A stretch of 64,000 bases of DNA from Eledone cirrhosa (GCA_964016885.1 OZ024747.1:41726001-41790000), one strand, 5' to 3'; shown: positions 51,311 to 64,000, numbered from the stretch's first letter. Translations and numbers: made by a program. The notes: generated from the letters alone by a model not told the origin.

Positions 51311-52617
51311 CTGGGCTTCTCATGGGCCTGTATTTTGATATCATCATCATCATCGTTTAACGGCCATCTTCCATGCTAGCATGGGTTGGATGGGTTTGTC
51401 CCACTTTTGCTTTCCTTTTTTTGTTCCTATTTACTTTGAAGGAAAAAAACAATATAATATAATATATTGCATAAATATCTTGAGGGAAAAAAAAGAAGAA
51501 AGAATTTAAAAATAATTTTTATTAGATTCAAAAATATTTGTCATGTTTTAACTTCAAAATGGCAGAATATTATAGAAGGATAATCCTCATAAAGTGTTAA
51601 ATATGTTCCTCTTTTTAACATAACTAACAATTGATTTGAAACGTTTTGATAAATTAATTTATCATTATGAGTTTTTTTTTTTTTGCAAAATGTTTGTTGT
51701 TATTTTTTGTTGATATTCAAGGGGAAATTAAATTATGTCAAATAGATCATATCTAAAAATACTAATAAATCATTAATTAGAATACTTGTTGAATATTTAT
51801 ATATTATGTTTTAATATGTTTTATTTTTTTAAATAGAAATGAAATTTAAAAAAACCAAAAAGAGAAAATTAAGAATTAGAAAACATTATAAAAATTAAAT
51901 CAGAGTTTACAAAATAAAATATTTGAAAAAAATTAACGATCATAATAGAAATAAACAATAAACATGTTGAGCAATTTAATTTGTATAAAAATATAAACCC
52001 AACATACAGAAATCGTAACTACATATTTGATAGCCATTAAAGAGAACTCACCGAAGATAAAAGGTATTTCTTGTATGGCAGCATAGAAAGATAGATTGGC
52101 AGTGTGTTAGCAAGTAGAAATTTATTGACAGTTACACTCAGCTCCAGTATGAGAAAACATCTAAGACATCATCAATCTGGTATATTTATTATTATAATGA
52201 CAATAACAATTGCCTCTCATTTGTAATCTAAAGGAGGCCAGATTATTCAACTATATATATATATATCATCATCGTTTAACGTCTATCTTCCAGGCTAGCA
52301 TACATACATAAATATATATACACATACATATATATATAGACACACACACACATATATATATATAGACACACACACACATATATACACATACATATATATA
52401 TATATACACACACACATATATACACACACATATATATACACACACACATATATATATATATGAGTGAGACACGGTCACCCGACCAACCTTGCCTCAAATG
52501 GGACAACTCCCGTCTAACCCATGCTAGCGTGGAAAGTGGACGTTAAACGAGGATGATGATGAGTGTGTGTGTATATATATATATATGTGTGTGTGTGTAT
52601 ATATATATATGTATATA

Positions 52618-52659
<42 letters not shown>

Positions 52660-52689
52660 TATATAAAAGCATATATATATATGCTTTTT

Positions 52690-52892
52690 TGCCGTGGCAC
52701 CTCCACGACCACTTTGCAGTGGAATGATATGGACCCCAGTCCCTATCATCTCATTTCTACAGCTGAGTAAACTGGAGCAATGTGAAATAAAGTGTCTTGC
52801 TCAAGGAAACAACACATCACCCGGTCTGAGAATTGAACTCACAACCTTTCGATTGCAAGGCCAATGCTCTAACCACTAAGCCATGTGCCTCC
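52690..52892 (-). mobile_element. tRNA-derived SINE with CORE-like central domain
   Basis: TGGCTTAGTGG (A box), GAGTTCAATTC (B box), then ccttgagcaagacactttatttcac...ctcagctgtagaaatgag. Confidence 0.8.
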
Positions 52893-52893
52893 A

Positions 52894-52952
<59 letters not shown>

Positions 52953-52969
52953 GTATATATATATATATT

Positions 52970-53002
<33 letters not shown>

Positions 53003-53086
53003 TTATATATATATATGTATATATATATATATTTATATATATATATATATGTATATATTTATATCTATATCTATATATATATTTAT

Positions 53087-53121
<35 letters not shown>

Positions 53122-53412
53122 AATATAGATATATATACATATACATATATATATATATAAATATATATATATACATATATATATATACTGAACCAGATCA
53201 ATAATGATCTATAATCATTTGATCCAGAAACATTATATGGAGTAGCGAAACAATTGTAAACGGAGATCATTAATATTATTATTATTATTATTATTCTCTA
53301 CATTCCTTACATCAAACTAAAACTATGTTGACAATCTTTTAATAATGTCTTCCTTGTGAAATTTTGGGTCTTATTTTGCTTAACTAATGAATATATATAT
53401 ATATATACATAC

Positions 53413-53463
<51 letters not shown>

Positions 53464-53507
53464 TACATATATACATATATATATACATATATACATACAC
53501 ATATATA

Positions 53508-53559
<52 letters not shown>

Positions 53560-53958
53560 CATCATCATCATCATCATCATCATTTTACGTCCGCTTTTCC
53601 CTGCTTGCAAGGGTGGGACGGGTCTTATTCAGCACAGCATCTCTCCACTCGTCACGGTCCCTCGTCATCTCCACCGTGAGCTTCAATGATCTGAGGTCTG
53701 TTCTCACCACCTCCGCCCATGTTTTTCGTGGTCTACCTCTACTACGTCTTCCTTCAACTGGCATTTCCTGGCACTTCTTCACCCATCGGTCATCCTCCAT
53801 GCGCATCACATGTCCATACCACCTCAGTCTCCTCTCCCGTACACTACATTCTATCCCTCTCAGACAGTTTCTCTCTCAACACATTTATGCTGGGTCGTTC
53901 ACGCACATTTACACTGCACATCCAACGGAGCATGCTTGCCTCATTTCTCTCCAGCCGT
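53560..53958 (-). mobile_element. RTE LINE 3' end inserted in a (TA)n array
   Basis: [14 protein letters not shown]...[12 protein letters not shown]...GRPRKTW...[10 protein letters not shown] plus (GAT)n; same family as 12635-14120. Confidence 0.9.
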
Positions 53959-53974
53959 ACATATATATATATAC

Positions 53975-54057
<83 letters not shown>

Positions 54058-54058
54058 C

Positions 54059-54089
<31 letters not shown>

Positions 54090-54090
54090 C

Positions 54091-54121
<31 letters not shown>

Positions 54122-54169
54122 CATATATTTATACATATATATATATATATATACATATATATACATACA

Positions 54170-54209
<40 letters not shown>

Positions 54210-54232
54210 CACATATATATATTTATATATAC

Positions 54233-54265
<33 letters not shown>

Positions 54266-54780
54266 CATATATATATTTATATATATATATATATATAATA
54301 CACCCCCGTCCCACTACCCCCACCCCATCCACACCACCCCTTTCAATGTAAAGTTATGTGGGTACCACAACATCCAGTCCGAAACAAATGAGGTTGTGTA
54401 GGTGTCACGACAAAAAAACACAGCCCACACTGTAATGTGGCCGTGTAGGTAACACGGTAAAAACCACCCAGTCCACATTGTAAACGTGGTTGGTGTTAGG
54501 AAGGGCATCCAGCCGTAGAAAACCCGCCAGACAGTCCTATGCGAGCAAGACAACCACTCTTGCCTCAAGTGGGAAAACTCCCATCCAAACCCATGCAAGC
54601 GTGGAAGATGGACGTTAAACGATGATGATGATGATATATTAAAGAGTTAAACAAGATTCAATGAGTACATCAAAGAATGAGTTTTACAGTAGATTGGAAG
54701 CACTCTACAGTACAATATTTTCCAGAGTTATTAATATTAAATTCAAATATTAACAAAATAGATGTTCTGTGATCAATTAA

Positions 54781-54846
54781 ATTTTAGTATACATATTTCA
54801 GAGGTACTTGAATCGGGTTCAACAGTACGTCCTCATCAGATAAAAT
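54781..54846 (-). ncRNA. Hammerhead ribozyme motif within the inverted repeat 54734-54941
   Basis: Minus strand ATTTTAT-CTGATGA-[long stem II]-GAAA-TATGTA-TA|CTAAAAT. Confidence 0.65.
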
Positions 54847-55215
54847 CTATATAGAACCTGATTCAAGAACCTCTGAAATATGTATAATAAAATTTAATTG
54901 ATCACAAGAACATCTATTTTGTTAATATTTGAATTTAATATATATATATATATATTTATAAACGTTTGTATATGTATAATAAAGCCAAAACAATGCAGGT
55001 ATGGACATAGAATAAAGAATGCAAATGCAAAAGATACTGTTGACAATTAGTCTTTTACCTTAGATTTATTTAAATATCCTTAATTTTCGAGATAATATCT
55101 CTTCTTCGGAGGGAAGTAAAGCGGTTAAACCAGTGTTCTAAATAGCTTGCCAAGTCATGCTGACAGGAAAATATATATATTTATATATATACATATATAT
55201 ATACATATATATATA

Positions 55216-55258
<43 letters not shown>

Positions 55259-55408
55259 ATACTTTGGGAGGGTCATGTTGCCAATAAGAAACACATGCAC
55301 CAGTTGCTTTCACTTCAATTTATTATATATTTATAAATTTATAAATCTACAAACTTATAAATTTCAGATAAATTTCAGATAAAGAATCTTGCTAAACAAA
55401 TTCAGAAA

Positions 55409-55711
<303 letters not shown>

Positions 55712-55766
55712 AATATTTATATATATATATATGTATACATATATATATGTATACATATATATATGT

Positions 55767-55802
<36 letters not shown>

Positions 55803-55874
55803 ACATATATATATACATATATATATATAAATATTTATATATATATATGTATACATATATATATACATATAAGT

Positions 55875-55993
55875 GAAGGCGTGTGGCTGAGTGGTTAGAG
55901 AATTGGATTCGCAATCGTAAGGTTGTGAGTTCGATTCCTGGACCAGGCGATGCGTTATGTCCTTGAGCAAGACACTTTATTTCACGTTGCTCC
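55875..55993 (+). mobile_element. tRNA-derived CORE-like SINE, 3' part replaced
   Basis: TGGCTGAGTGG and GAGTTCGATTC boxes plus gtccttgagcaagacactttatttcacg; homologous to 52690-52892. Confidence 0.8.
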
Positions 55994-56112
55994 TTCTACC
56001 TGGAGTTGCGACCGATAGATAGTATTAGCAATTGGAAAGACCAACGGAAACATTGTTCCCTCGGTCCGATTTGACGAAAGTCGATCGTTCCAAAAAAATA
56101 TATGTATATATG

Positions 56113-56144
<32 letters not shown>

Positions 56145-56185
56145 AATACATATAAATATATATATACATATAAATACATATATAA

Positions 56186-56272
<87 letters not shown>

Positions 56273-56453
56273 CATCACTTTACGTCTGCTTTTCCCTGCT
56301 TGCAGCACACACACACATATATATATATATGTAAGTATGTATATATATACACATATATATCTATACATATATAAATATGTATATATATATATACACATAC
56401 AAATATGTATATATATATATACACACATATATATCTATACATATATAAATATG

Positions 56454-56485
<32 letters not shown>

Positions 56486-56574
56486 AGTAAGTGCCGTACT
56501 AAGAGTGAGAAATGAAATTTCGTTTTCATTTTGTTACAACTATATATATATAGATATATATATGTACATATATA

Positions 56575-57389
56575 TCTATATATCTAAAACAGAGAATGTC
56601 TGTCTGACTCCCCAAAACTCGAGAACCACCCAACCGATTGTTTTCAAACTTTACACGTGTCATACTTATGGTCCTGTGAATGTTTTGAGCAAAAATAATT
56701 TGAAATTTTCAATGTACTAGGGACCGCATTAGGCGATTTTGCGATCTCTCTCTATAATTCTTAGTCTGTCTCTTTTAGATAGATACATAGCTACAACGTC
56801 GCCCCCCCCCCCCTTATAATATCTGTCTGTATGTCTGGCTGTCTGCATTACAACATTATGACGCTCTGTGTGTGTGTGTGTATGTCTATATACTTATATA
56901 TAGTGTGTGTATATATATATATATATAGTGTGTAACGTTTTTCGAAATATTTACTTCTGCGTTCACAGATTGATTTTTTTTTAGTTTTAGAAGATCCCGT
57001 TAAGGGTGAAAGCAGTGATTCTTTGCTTAATCTTTAATCTGTTATTTTAATATATATATATATATCACGCTGAAAACACCGGTTCTCGTCCGATCACTGA
57101 AGTTAAGCAACGTCGAGCCTAGTTAGTACTTGGATGGGTGACCGCTTGGGAACCCTAGGTGCCGTATGCGTTTAATTTTTGTCCCACCCTTGCAAGCAGG
57201 GAAAAAGCGGACGTAAAATGAAATGAAAAAAAAATGATAATTATATATTTGTGTACAGATATTTTTGCATACATAATAACAAAATATAAACAAACGTATT
57301 TATTTCACGAGGCTCGATAAGAATAAATATATATCAAATATATAAGAACCCTAGAGCAACTCGCAAGCAATGCCAGGTCATTCTGCTAG
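56575..57389 (+). mobile_element. Non-autonomous Helitron-like element (second copy), containing the 5S chimera
   Basis: 5' TCTATATATCTAAAACAGAGAATGTCTGTCTG; 3' gcaatgccaggtcattctgCTAG. Confidence 0.65.
57062..57172 (+). pseudogene. 5S rRNA retro-pseudogene lacking about the first 10 nt
   Basis: atatcacgctgaaaacaccggttctcgtccgatcactgaagttaagc...gttagtacttggatgggtgaccgcttgggaaccctaggtgccgta; box A and box C are recognisable. Confidence 0.9.
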
Positions 57390-57669
57390 CATATATATAT
57401 AATTGGTGTGGGATGCTTAAAGCGTCCGTAAGCGGTACGCCATTTGAGCACTCGATACTCTTACAGAGCAGAGTATAATATCACATAAGAAACGGAGAAT
57501 CAGTGGTGCAACGAAATCGTTGCAACACTGATTCTCCATTTCTTATGTGATATATATATATATATATAAACACATATATATATATACACATATATATACA
57601 CACATATATATACACATATACATATATATATATAGATATATATACATATATATTTACATATATATATAT

Positions 57670-57706
<37 letters not shown>

Positions 57707-57846
57707 TACACATATATATATATACATGTATATATATAATATACATATATATATATATAAATATATATACATATATTTATACACACACATATATATATAT
57801 ACATCTACATATATATATATAGAGATATATATACATATACACACAC

Positions 57847-57895
<49 letters not shown>

Positions 57896-57953
57896 TATCT
57901 ATACATATATAAATATGTATATATATATACCTATATATATACACACATATATA

Positions 57954-58844
57954 CAGGGTGATGACGATATTTGTTCGCAATTTTCAACTGCTAATTTTAT
58001 GCAAATTTTTTTTACTTCCGTTGTCACTCTTGTGTTCATAAAAACAGTGACTATATTTCCATTATTTATTTTCAGAATAATTGATTTTGAATAATTTTGA
58101 ACCTCGAAATTTGTGAAAGAGACACGGAGTTCTTCTTGGAATCCACGCTGGGAGGACAAATAAGGAAATTTCAGACTTTCTCAGCGTCAGCAGGAGGATG
58201 GTGTCTCATCCAAAGACGTGCCCAGAGTCATGCAGACAAAGTTTCCAGTGACAACATTGGTCATAGGTGTTGTCAGCAGTCAAGGTGACGTCATGCCACC
58301 TCACTTCTTCCCTGAGGGCCTCAAGCTGAACACCGATGGCTACATCTGCGTTCTGAACGAGGTAGTAAAGCCCTGGATCGACCAGGTAGTTGCAGGTAGA
58401 CCGTACGTGTGGCAGCAAGACTCAGCGCCCTGCCATACCAGCCGAAAGACCCAAGCCTGGCTGTCAGAGAACTTCGTCGACCACACTTCACTTGACATCT
58501 GGCTTCCCAGCTCGTCTGACTGCATCCCCCTCGACTTCTTTGTGTGGGGCGCAGTGGAACGAGACACCAACAAATCTAGCTGCAATACGAAAGACGATCT
58601 GAAGGCCAGGATCACAAGTGCCCTTAGAGGCCTAAGTCGGGGACAGTGACGAAGGCCTGTAGCCGGTTCCGAGACCGCCTTGAGGCCGTCATCAAAGCCA
58701 ATGGCGGGTTTATCGAGTGAGATTGAAAGAACAAGTCATGAAGACAAACTGACCCAAGTTTGATAAATATATCTTAAAAAATAAAACTACTGTGTTATTT
58801 TTTCCTAGACAGTAATCTTGCGAACAAATATCGTCCGCACCCTA
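57954..58844 (+). mobile_element. Internally deleted DD37D (maT-type) Tc1/mariner transposon
   Basis: About 27-bp TIRs (cagggtgatgacgatatttgttcgcaa / ttgcgaacaaatatcgtccgcacccta) with TA flanks. In WQQDSAPCH...WLPSSSDCIPLDFFVW there are 37 residues between the last two catalytic Asp. Confidence 0.88.
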
Positions 58845-58984
58845 TATATATAAGCAAAGGGATATTTAATTTGTTGGTAATTCAACAAATATATTTATAA
58901 CTGATTCGAAGAACTCGACAGGTTTTCTGGAGTATAATAGCAATGATATTAATAAATGGAAACTATATTTATAAAACCATATTT

Positions 58985-59043
58985 ATTCTATTATATATAT
59001 TTCAAGAGTACCAAAACTTTGGTATGCTCTCATCAGATAAAAT
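58985..59043 (-). ncRNA. Hammerhead ribozyme motif, left arm of the 58941-59276 palindrome
   Basis: Exact reverse complement of 59174-59232. Confidence 0.75.
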
Positions 59044-59173
59044 ACAAAGTTTGTTTTATAAATATTGACATATCCAGGAATGAGACCTTAATGGTTCAAG
59101 TTTTACCTGGATAAAACTTCAACCGTTAAGGTCTCATTCCTGGATATGTCAATATTTATAAAATAAACTTTGT

Positions 59174-59232
59174 ATTTTATCTGATGAGAGCATACCAAAG
59201 TTTTGGTACTCTTGAAATATATATAATAGAAT
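59174..59232 (+). ncRNA. Hammerhead ribozyme motif, right arm of the 58941-59276 palindrome
   Basis: ATTTTAT-CTGATGA-gagcataccaaagttttggtactctt-GAAA-TATATA-TA|ATAGAAT; short palindromic stem III. Confidence 0.78.
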
Positions 59233-59278
59233 AAATATAGTTTTATAAATATAGTTTCCATTTATTAATATCATTGAC

Positions 59279-59325
<47 letters not shown>

Positions 59326-59460
59326 TATATACATATATATATGTACGTATGTATGGTACATATGTTCCAGAATGGTGTCGTGGGGGGTGGGGGGGTTATT
59401 ATATATAGAAATGACTTCTATAGGACTAGAACTGTTCTATTCATATGAAATCAACAGGCA

Positions 59461-59503
59461 GGACATTACTGATGATGTCATATGAATGAAACAGCTCTAG
59501 TCC
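59461..59503 (+). ncRNA. Hammerhead-like motif within the inverted repeat at about 59408-59518
   Basis: ggacatta-CTGATGA-tgtcatatgaat-GAAA-cagc-TC|tagtcc. Confidence 0.55.
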
Positions 59504-59838
59504 TCTAGAAGTCATTTATACACACATACATATATATATCATCATATATATAATATATATTTCTTTTACAGGTTTCAGTCATTAGACAGCAGTCATGTTA
59601 GAGCACTGCCTTGATATATATATATATATATATATATAACAAAGGAAATGTGGTAAGGAACCAGGTGGACCATAACGCACCAAAGTACTCAATACTTAGG
59701 GTAGTAGAGTGGGTAATAGGAACAGGTAGGACCCCGACCGCTGAGCTCAAGCCGTTTCGACGGCTAATTCTGGACTAATTTTAGTCCAGAATTAGCCGTC
59801 GAAACGGCTTGAGCTCAACCGTCGGGGTCCTACTCGTT

Positions 59839-59876
<38 letters not shown>

Positions 59877-60618
59877 TAATGATAGCTCCCCTTTTAGATT
59901 AGAAATGAAAAGCATCTACACACACACACACACACACACATATACACTCAAGCACACACACACACACACATGCACATATATAATGGAAACAACAGCATTA
60001 CTCAAAGTTTGCTATGTCACAGGCAGGTGGGTATTTATTTAGTGATATAACAACTCAGAATGCACACTCTACTTTTGTAATAATTTCAGACAAAGCTTAC
60101 ATCTTTTTCATTGATGAGGCTGCTAGCAATGACTACAATGATGAGACTAATGATGATGTTTTAAGGCTGACAGATTGATGAGTGCATGTTTAAAAGTTTC
60201 TTATTGTTTTGTAGGTAACAGTAAATTCTTGGGACTGAGAGAACAGGGCCTACCAAAAAATAACACTCTAAATATCCTGAGCTAATAAGGGAGCTTGCAT
60301 GGGGTCACTTGAACTGTTACAAATAGCAGCCAAATTTTCCTCAAATCACATTCTACTATCTTAGGAAAAGAATGTATGTAGGGTTACATTGGATTATGTA
60401 GTTTTACATACCCACTCCAAAAAAAACAAGATGTTCATGGAAAGAATGTCTTTGATCATAGGTTTGTTTAATCAGGGTTGACCTGGATCTAAACAACAAC
60501 CTCAACAACTCTAAAAAATTTGATTGTTGTTGTTGTTTTTATTTACAAAATTTAAAAATAAATGAATCTTATAAAAAAAATAAATACAACAGCAACAAAA
60601 ACTTTCAAATGAAATGCA

Positions 60619-61062
60619 TCACAATTTATCGTACTGAGAAATCCGGCGGATGGTGACTTGCATGTCTCGACAAAACTTAGGAGATGAAAAGGGGATACAA
60701 TTGAAATATTGACAAGCATCACATTGATAGACAGGAGATACATAAAATACGATGATGAGAAATACAAAAAATACTATAATTAGACCAAGACTAACAAAAA
60801 TTAATATCAATTTCCTTTTCTTATCTTTTTCACCAAAAATAACATAAGGCAGAAGTGCAAAAGCCAGAAAGAGTCCCACAAAGAATCCAAAAATATGAGC
60901 CCAGTTGTCAATCCAGGGAAGTAAACCACCTATAAAGACGACTATAAGAACTCCAACAAATTTTAAGACTGTAAGCCAAGGTTTTTTCTGCATTTGCCAG
61001 CTTTGTATAAGTTCAACGAGATAACAAGCAAGGATTCCTAGTTGAGAACCAGAAGGTCCAGC
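60619..61062 (-). CDS. RHBDF1: Inactive rhomboid protein (iRhom/RHBDF), last coding exon
   Basis: tttttcag|AGPSGSQLGILACYLVELIQSWQ...GLLPWIDNWAHIFGF...CDACQYFNCIPF...FC...*. Has the GPx motif and the C-terminal Cys cluster of iRhoms. Confidence 0.92.
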   Translation of the reverse strand, partial: AGPSGSQLGILACYLVELIQSWQMQKKPWLTVLKFVGVLIVVFIGGLLPWIDNWAHIFGFFVGLFLAFALLPYVIFGEKDKKRKLILIFVSLGLIIVFFVFLIIVFYVSPVYQCDACQYFNCIPFSSPKFCRDMQVTIRRISQYDKL

Positions 61063-63003
61063 CTGAAAAATACAACAAATACAAACAATTACATAAAGGA
61101 AGAAAACAATCTATATTATAAAAGAAAAGCTTTTTTGTCCATCTGTCTGTCTGTTAAACATATATGTAGGAGAGAAGAGGGGAGGAGTGAAAGGGGAGGC
61201 AGCCCTCTTTTTTAAGTTGTGATTTAGGCACAATGCCAACAAATTAAGAAGGAAGAGCAAAGTTGATTAAATCAACCCTAGTACTTGACTTCATCAATCC
61301 CTGAAGGGAGACGGCAAAGTTGTTCTCAGAGGATTTGAACTCAGAACGTAAAGCATCAGTAGAAATAACACAAAGACATTTAACATCCAACATTAACAAA
61401 CATTTAAACCCTTTTCATACTAGCCTGCCTTAAACTTACCCTGGTTTTATGACATAAAACTGCTCTTTTTAAAGTGTTCATACTTCTATAAAAACCTTTC
61501 ACCATATCTTTATGTAAGAATTTTAAATAATACTCTGAACATCTGCTAAATAAAAAATAAGGAAGATAATGTTACTCTAAATAAAAAATAAGGAAGATAA
61601 TGTTATTCCTCCAAATTCTTCATTATTTAAAAAAATAATTGAAACAGTATTAAGACCATTTTCCTTGCTTAAGCAGGTTTCTTGACTAGCTTCTCTACTT
61701 TGCTCACCACCACCATCGACTTTCATTTCTTCCATTTCCATCTTTAGCTATGTCTTTCTTGGTTTTACTTTTCTCCTACTTCTTTAAATAAGTAATAATA
61801 ATTAAAAAAATACAACAGTACAAAACTGAGTAGGATCCACAAAAGAATTGGGTGATCTGAGGCACCTCGAACACAACTCCAGATTACCATGACATAACAA
61901 GGGCAATGCCTTATTTCAGTTCTTGCCATCATCCTAAAGTCATATAGTTAATGTAGACGCATTTAGCCATGTGATTTTCACCACTTTTACCCACCTTTCA
62001 TAAACTTTACTGGAAGGCAGTACCTCCTTCATTTATTTTTATCGTTCATAAACTTTACTGGAAGGCAGTAACACCCTTATCCCCACCCCCCACCCCACCC
62101 ATATAGTATTTGAAGAAGTCATGAAGAGCTTGTCTTGACAGGGAATATCTGTGCTCAAATGATATTAATCCAAATAAACTTTTCACAAAGTAACAATACA
62201 TTTGAGATATAGTTTGAGCAATGTTTAGCATTTTTTACCATATTTCTAATGAAATACTCAGCCTATGTTTCAATTAATTTTTAAAATAATTTTAAAAATT
62301 AAGGAATTTAGTAAAATATATAACTTCTTCACTAGTAATCTGATGATTAGAACATAACTTCACATTTAAAAAAAAAGAAATTATGATGCAATGTTTTAAT
62401 TCACTTCCCTTGTCCAAATTATTAGAGCATGGAAAACCATGCCTCACAACATACAATGACACACAATTCACTCTCTGCAAATCCACCCACATGACCTGAT
62501 GCTTCCTCTGCCATAGTGGCATAATCTCCCTTCCACTCACAACACTGCTTTCCCAGTGCTGGTGCTACAATAAAAATGAACCCAGCTCACTCTGTAAAGT
62601 GGTAGTGCTGGAGCCACAAAGAAAAGCACTCAGTCTGCACTGTAAGATGGTAATACTAGTGCCATGACAAAAAACACCCAAACCACCCAGTAAGGTGCTG
62701 GTGCTGGAGTCATGATAAAATGATCCAAGTATATGCTGTGTGGTTCGTATTAGGTAAGGCCATAGAAACTAGACCAAAAATAGAGCATACAAGCAAGATA
62801 TAGTCACCTAATCAGTATGGCCCCAGTATGAAAGCCTATCTAACCCCTACAAGCATGGAAAATAGACGTTAAACAGTGATGATGACGATGATGATGATGA
62901 TGATGATGAACACTTTAAAATGAACAGTTATATTTTTCATAAAACTAAAAGCAGTTTTAAGTGGGTTGGTATCAAAAGAGTTAATAAACAGAAATGAACA
63001 TAC

Positions 63004-63157
63004 CTCCACATGATATGGTAGAAAAGTACCACTGGCAAGGTTTCCAGCAATGCCACTACCAATATATATAATTGCTATACGTATAGTACCAGCTAATTTT
63101 TCAATATCACGCATCATAAATGTTTGGTATAACACTGACAGGATCAGATGGAATAAA
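63004..63157 (-). CDS. RHBDF1: iRhom penultimate exon (upstream exons lie outside the window)
   Basis: ttttcag|...[51 protein letters not shown]|gtatgt; joins the last exon in phase 0. Confidence 0.92.
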
Positions 63158-64000
63158 CTGAAAAAAATCAATAAAAATTTAGGAATTGACAATGACAGTG
63201 TTGAAACAAGTCTTATATGAGGAAATCAGTGACTAAACTGTTTGTAGAAGCATGTCTTCAGGAATGTACAACCATAAAAAAACAATGGTGTATCAGCTAG
63301 AATAATTGTTTTACACCCACAGGTGAGATTAAATTTTTTAAAAAGAACCAAAATGGGTGGATAAAAGATACAATATAAGTAATCAGGCCCAACCCAATCC
63401 AATCCAGAGCCATGTTGGAATAACCACTTTCCTGGTTGACATCCACCTCTTTCTGTTTAGTTTTGGTCATGTTAGGTGGTGTAGCCGTACTCACCACGCT
63501 TGGCCAATTGCAAATTGACGAGGTTGACTATTAGGAGTTCATCCATCCTATACAACCTGCTTCAAGGTCGAGTGGTCAGTGACTAAAACTGCTCCCCCAC
63601 CAGACCCTTGTCTGGTGAGGTGGGTAAGTGGAACCGCAGCAGAACAAAAAGTAACAAGAGCTGTTAAAAGCAATCAGGTATAACAGTATAATGTAAACAC
63701 TATACAGAATAAATATAAACTCAGAAAAAAAAAACTAGCTAATTATTAGGAGTGGACTGTAAAAAAATGGATTAAAAAAAAAAAAGAAAGACAGAAAGGA
63801 AAGGAGGAACTATACTTGATTAACCCTTTAGCATTTAAACTGGCCTTATCTGGCCAGAGATCTCTCACCTCTTTCTGTTCAAACCAGCCGTAATCGGCTG
63901 CTCATACCAATGTTAAGGTATTGTATTCAAAATAAATAATATCAAAATCTTGTAGATTCGATATTTTGTGAGATAATTATGTGAAGTAAAGCCTTTACCA

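Noticed and set aside
55875-55950. tRNA gene
   Set aside because: A and B boxes are present but there is no proper acceptor stem, and the sequence continues into a SINE core seen elsewhere in the window.
57062-57172. Functional 5S rRNA gene
   Set aside because: 5' end missing, solitary, and fused to a LINE tail.

Overview
AT-rich, intron-rich, repeat-dense animal genomic DNA. The repeat landscape ((TA)n arrays, RTE LINEs, tRNA-derived SINEs, mollusc-type 5S) suggests a cephalopod, probably Octopus (inference). Three spliced genes were reconstructed by hand: the 3' half of an SMAP1/2-like ArfGAP gene (+, exons 306-22866), a complete 11-exon LTV1 gene (-, 24892-39263) lying tail-to-tail with it, and the last two exons of an iRhom/RHBDF gene (-, 60619-63157). 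The rest is mobile DNA and tandem repeats: RTE LINEs with an embedded PHD finger, a young CR1-type LINE, CRE fragments, a Naiad-type Penelope-like element, a probable Gypsy LTR with tRNA-Trp PBS, mariner, DD37D, piggyBac and Helitron relics, SINEs and minisatellites. Top observations: (1) a cluster of fold-back cassettes in (TA)n arrays at 54.7-59.9 kb that carry minimal hammerhead-ribozyme cores and a shared tail motif, linked by sequence to a hammerhead beside the Penelope-like element; (2) a UGA at a conserved Cys of that element's endonuclease (possible selenocysteine); (3) a 5S rRNA-RTE-tail chimera inside a Helitron; (4) an iRhom retaining both Ser and His; (5) candidate SMAP microexons and a pre-miRNA-like 3'UTR hairpin. 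No searches or folding programs were run; repeat boundaries are approximate.
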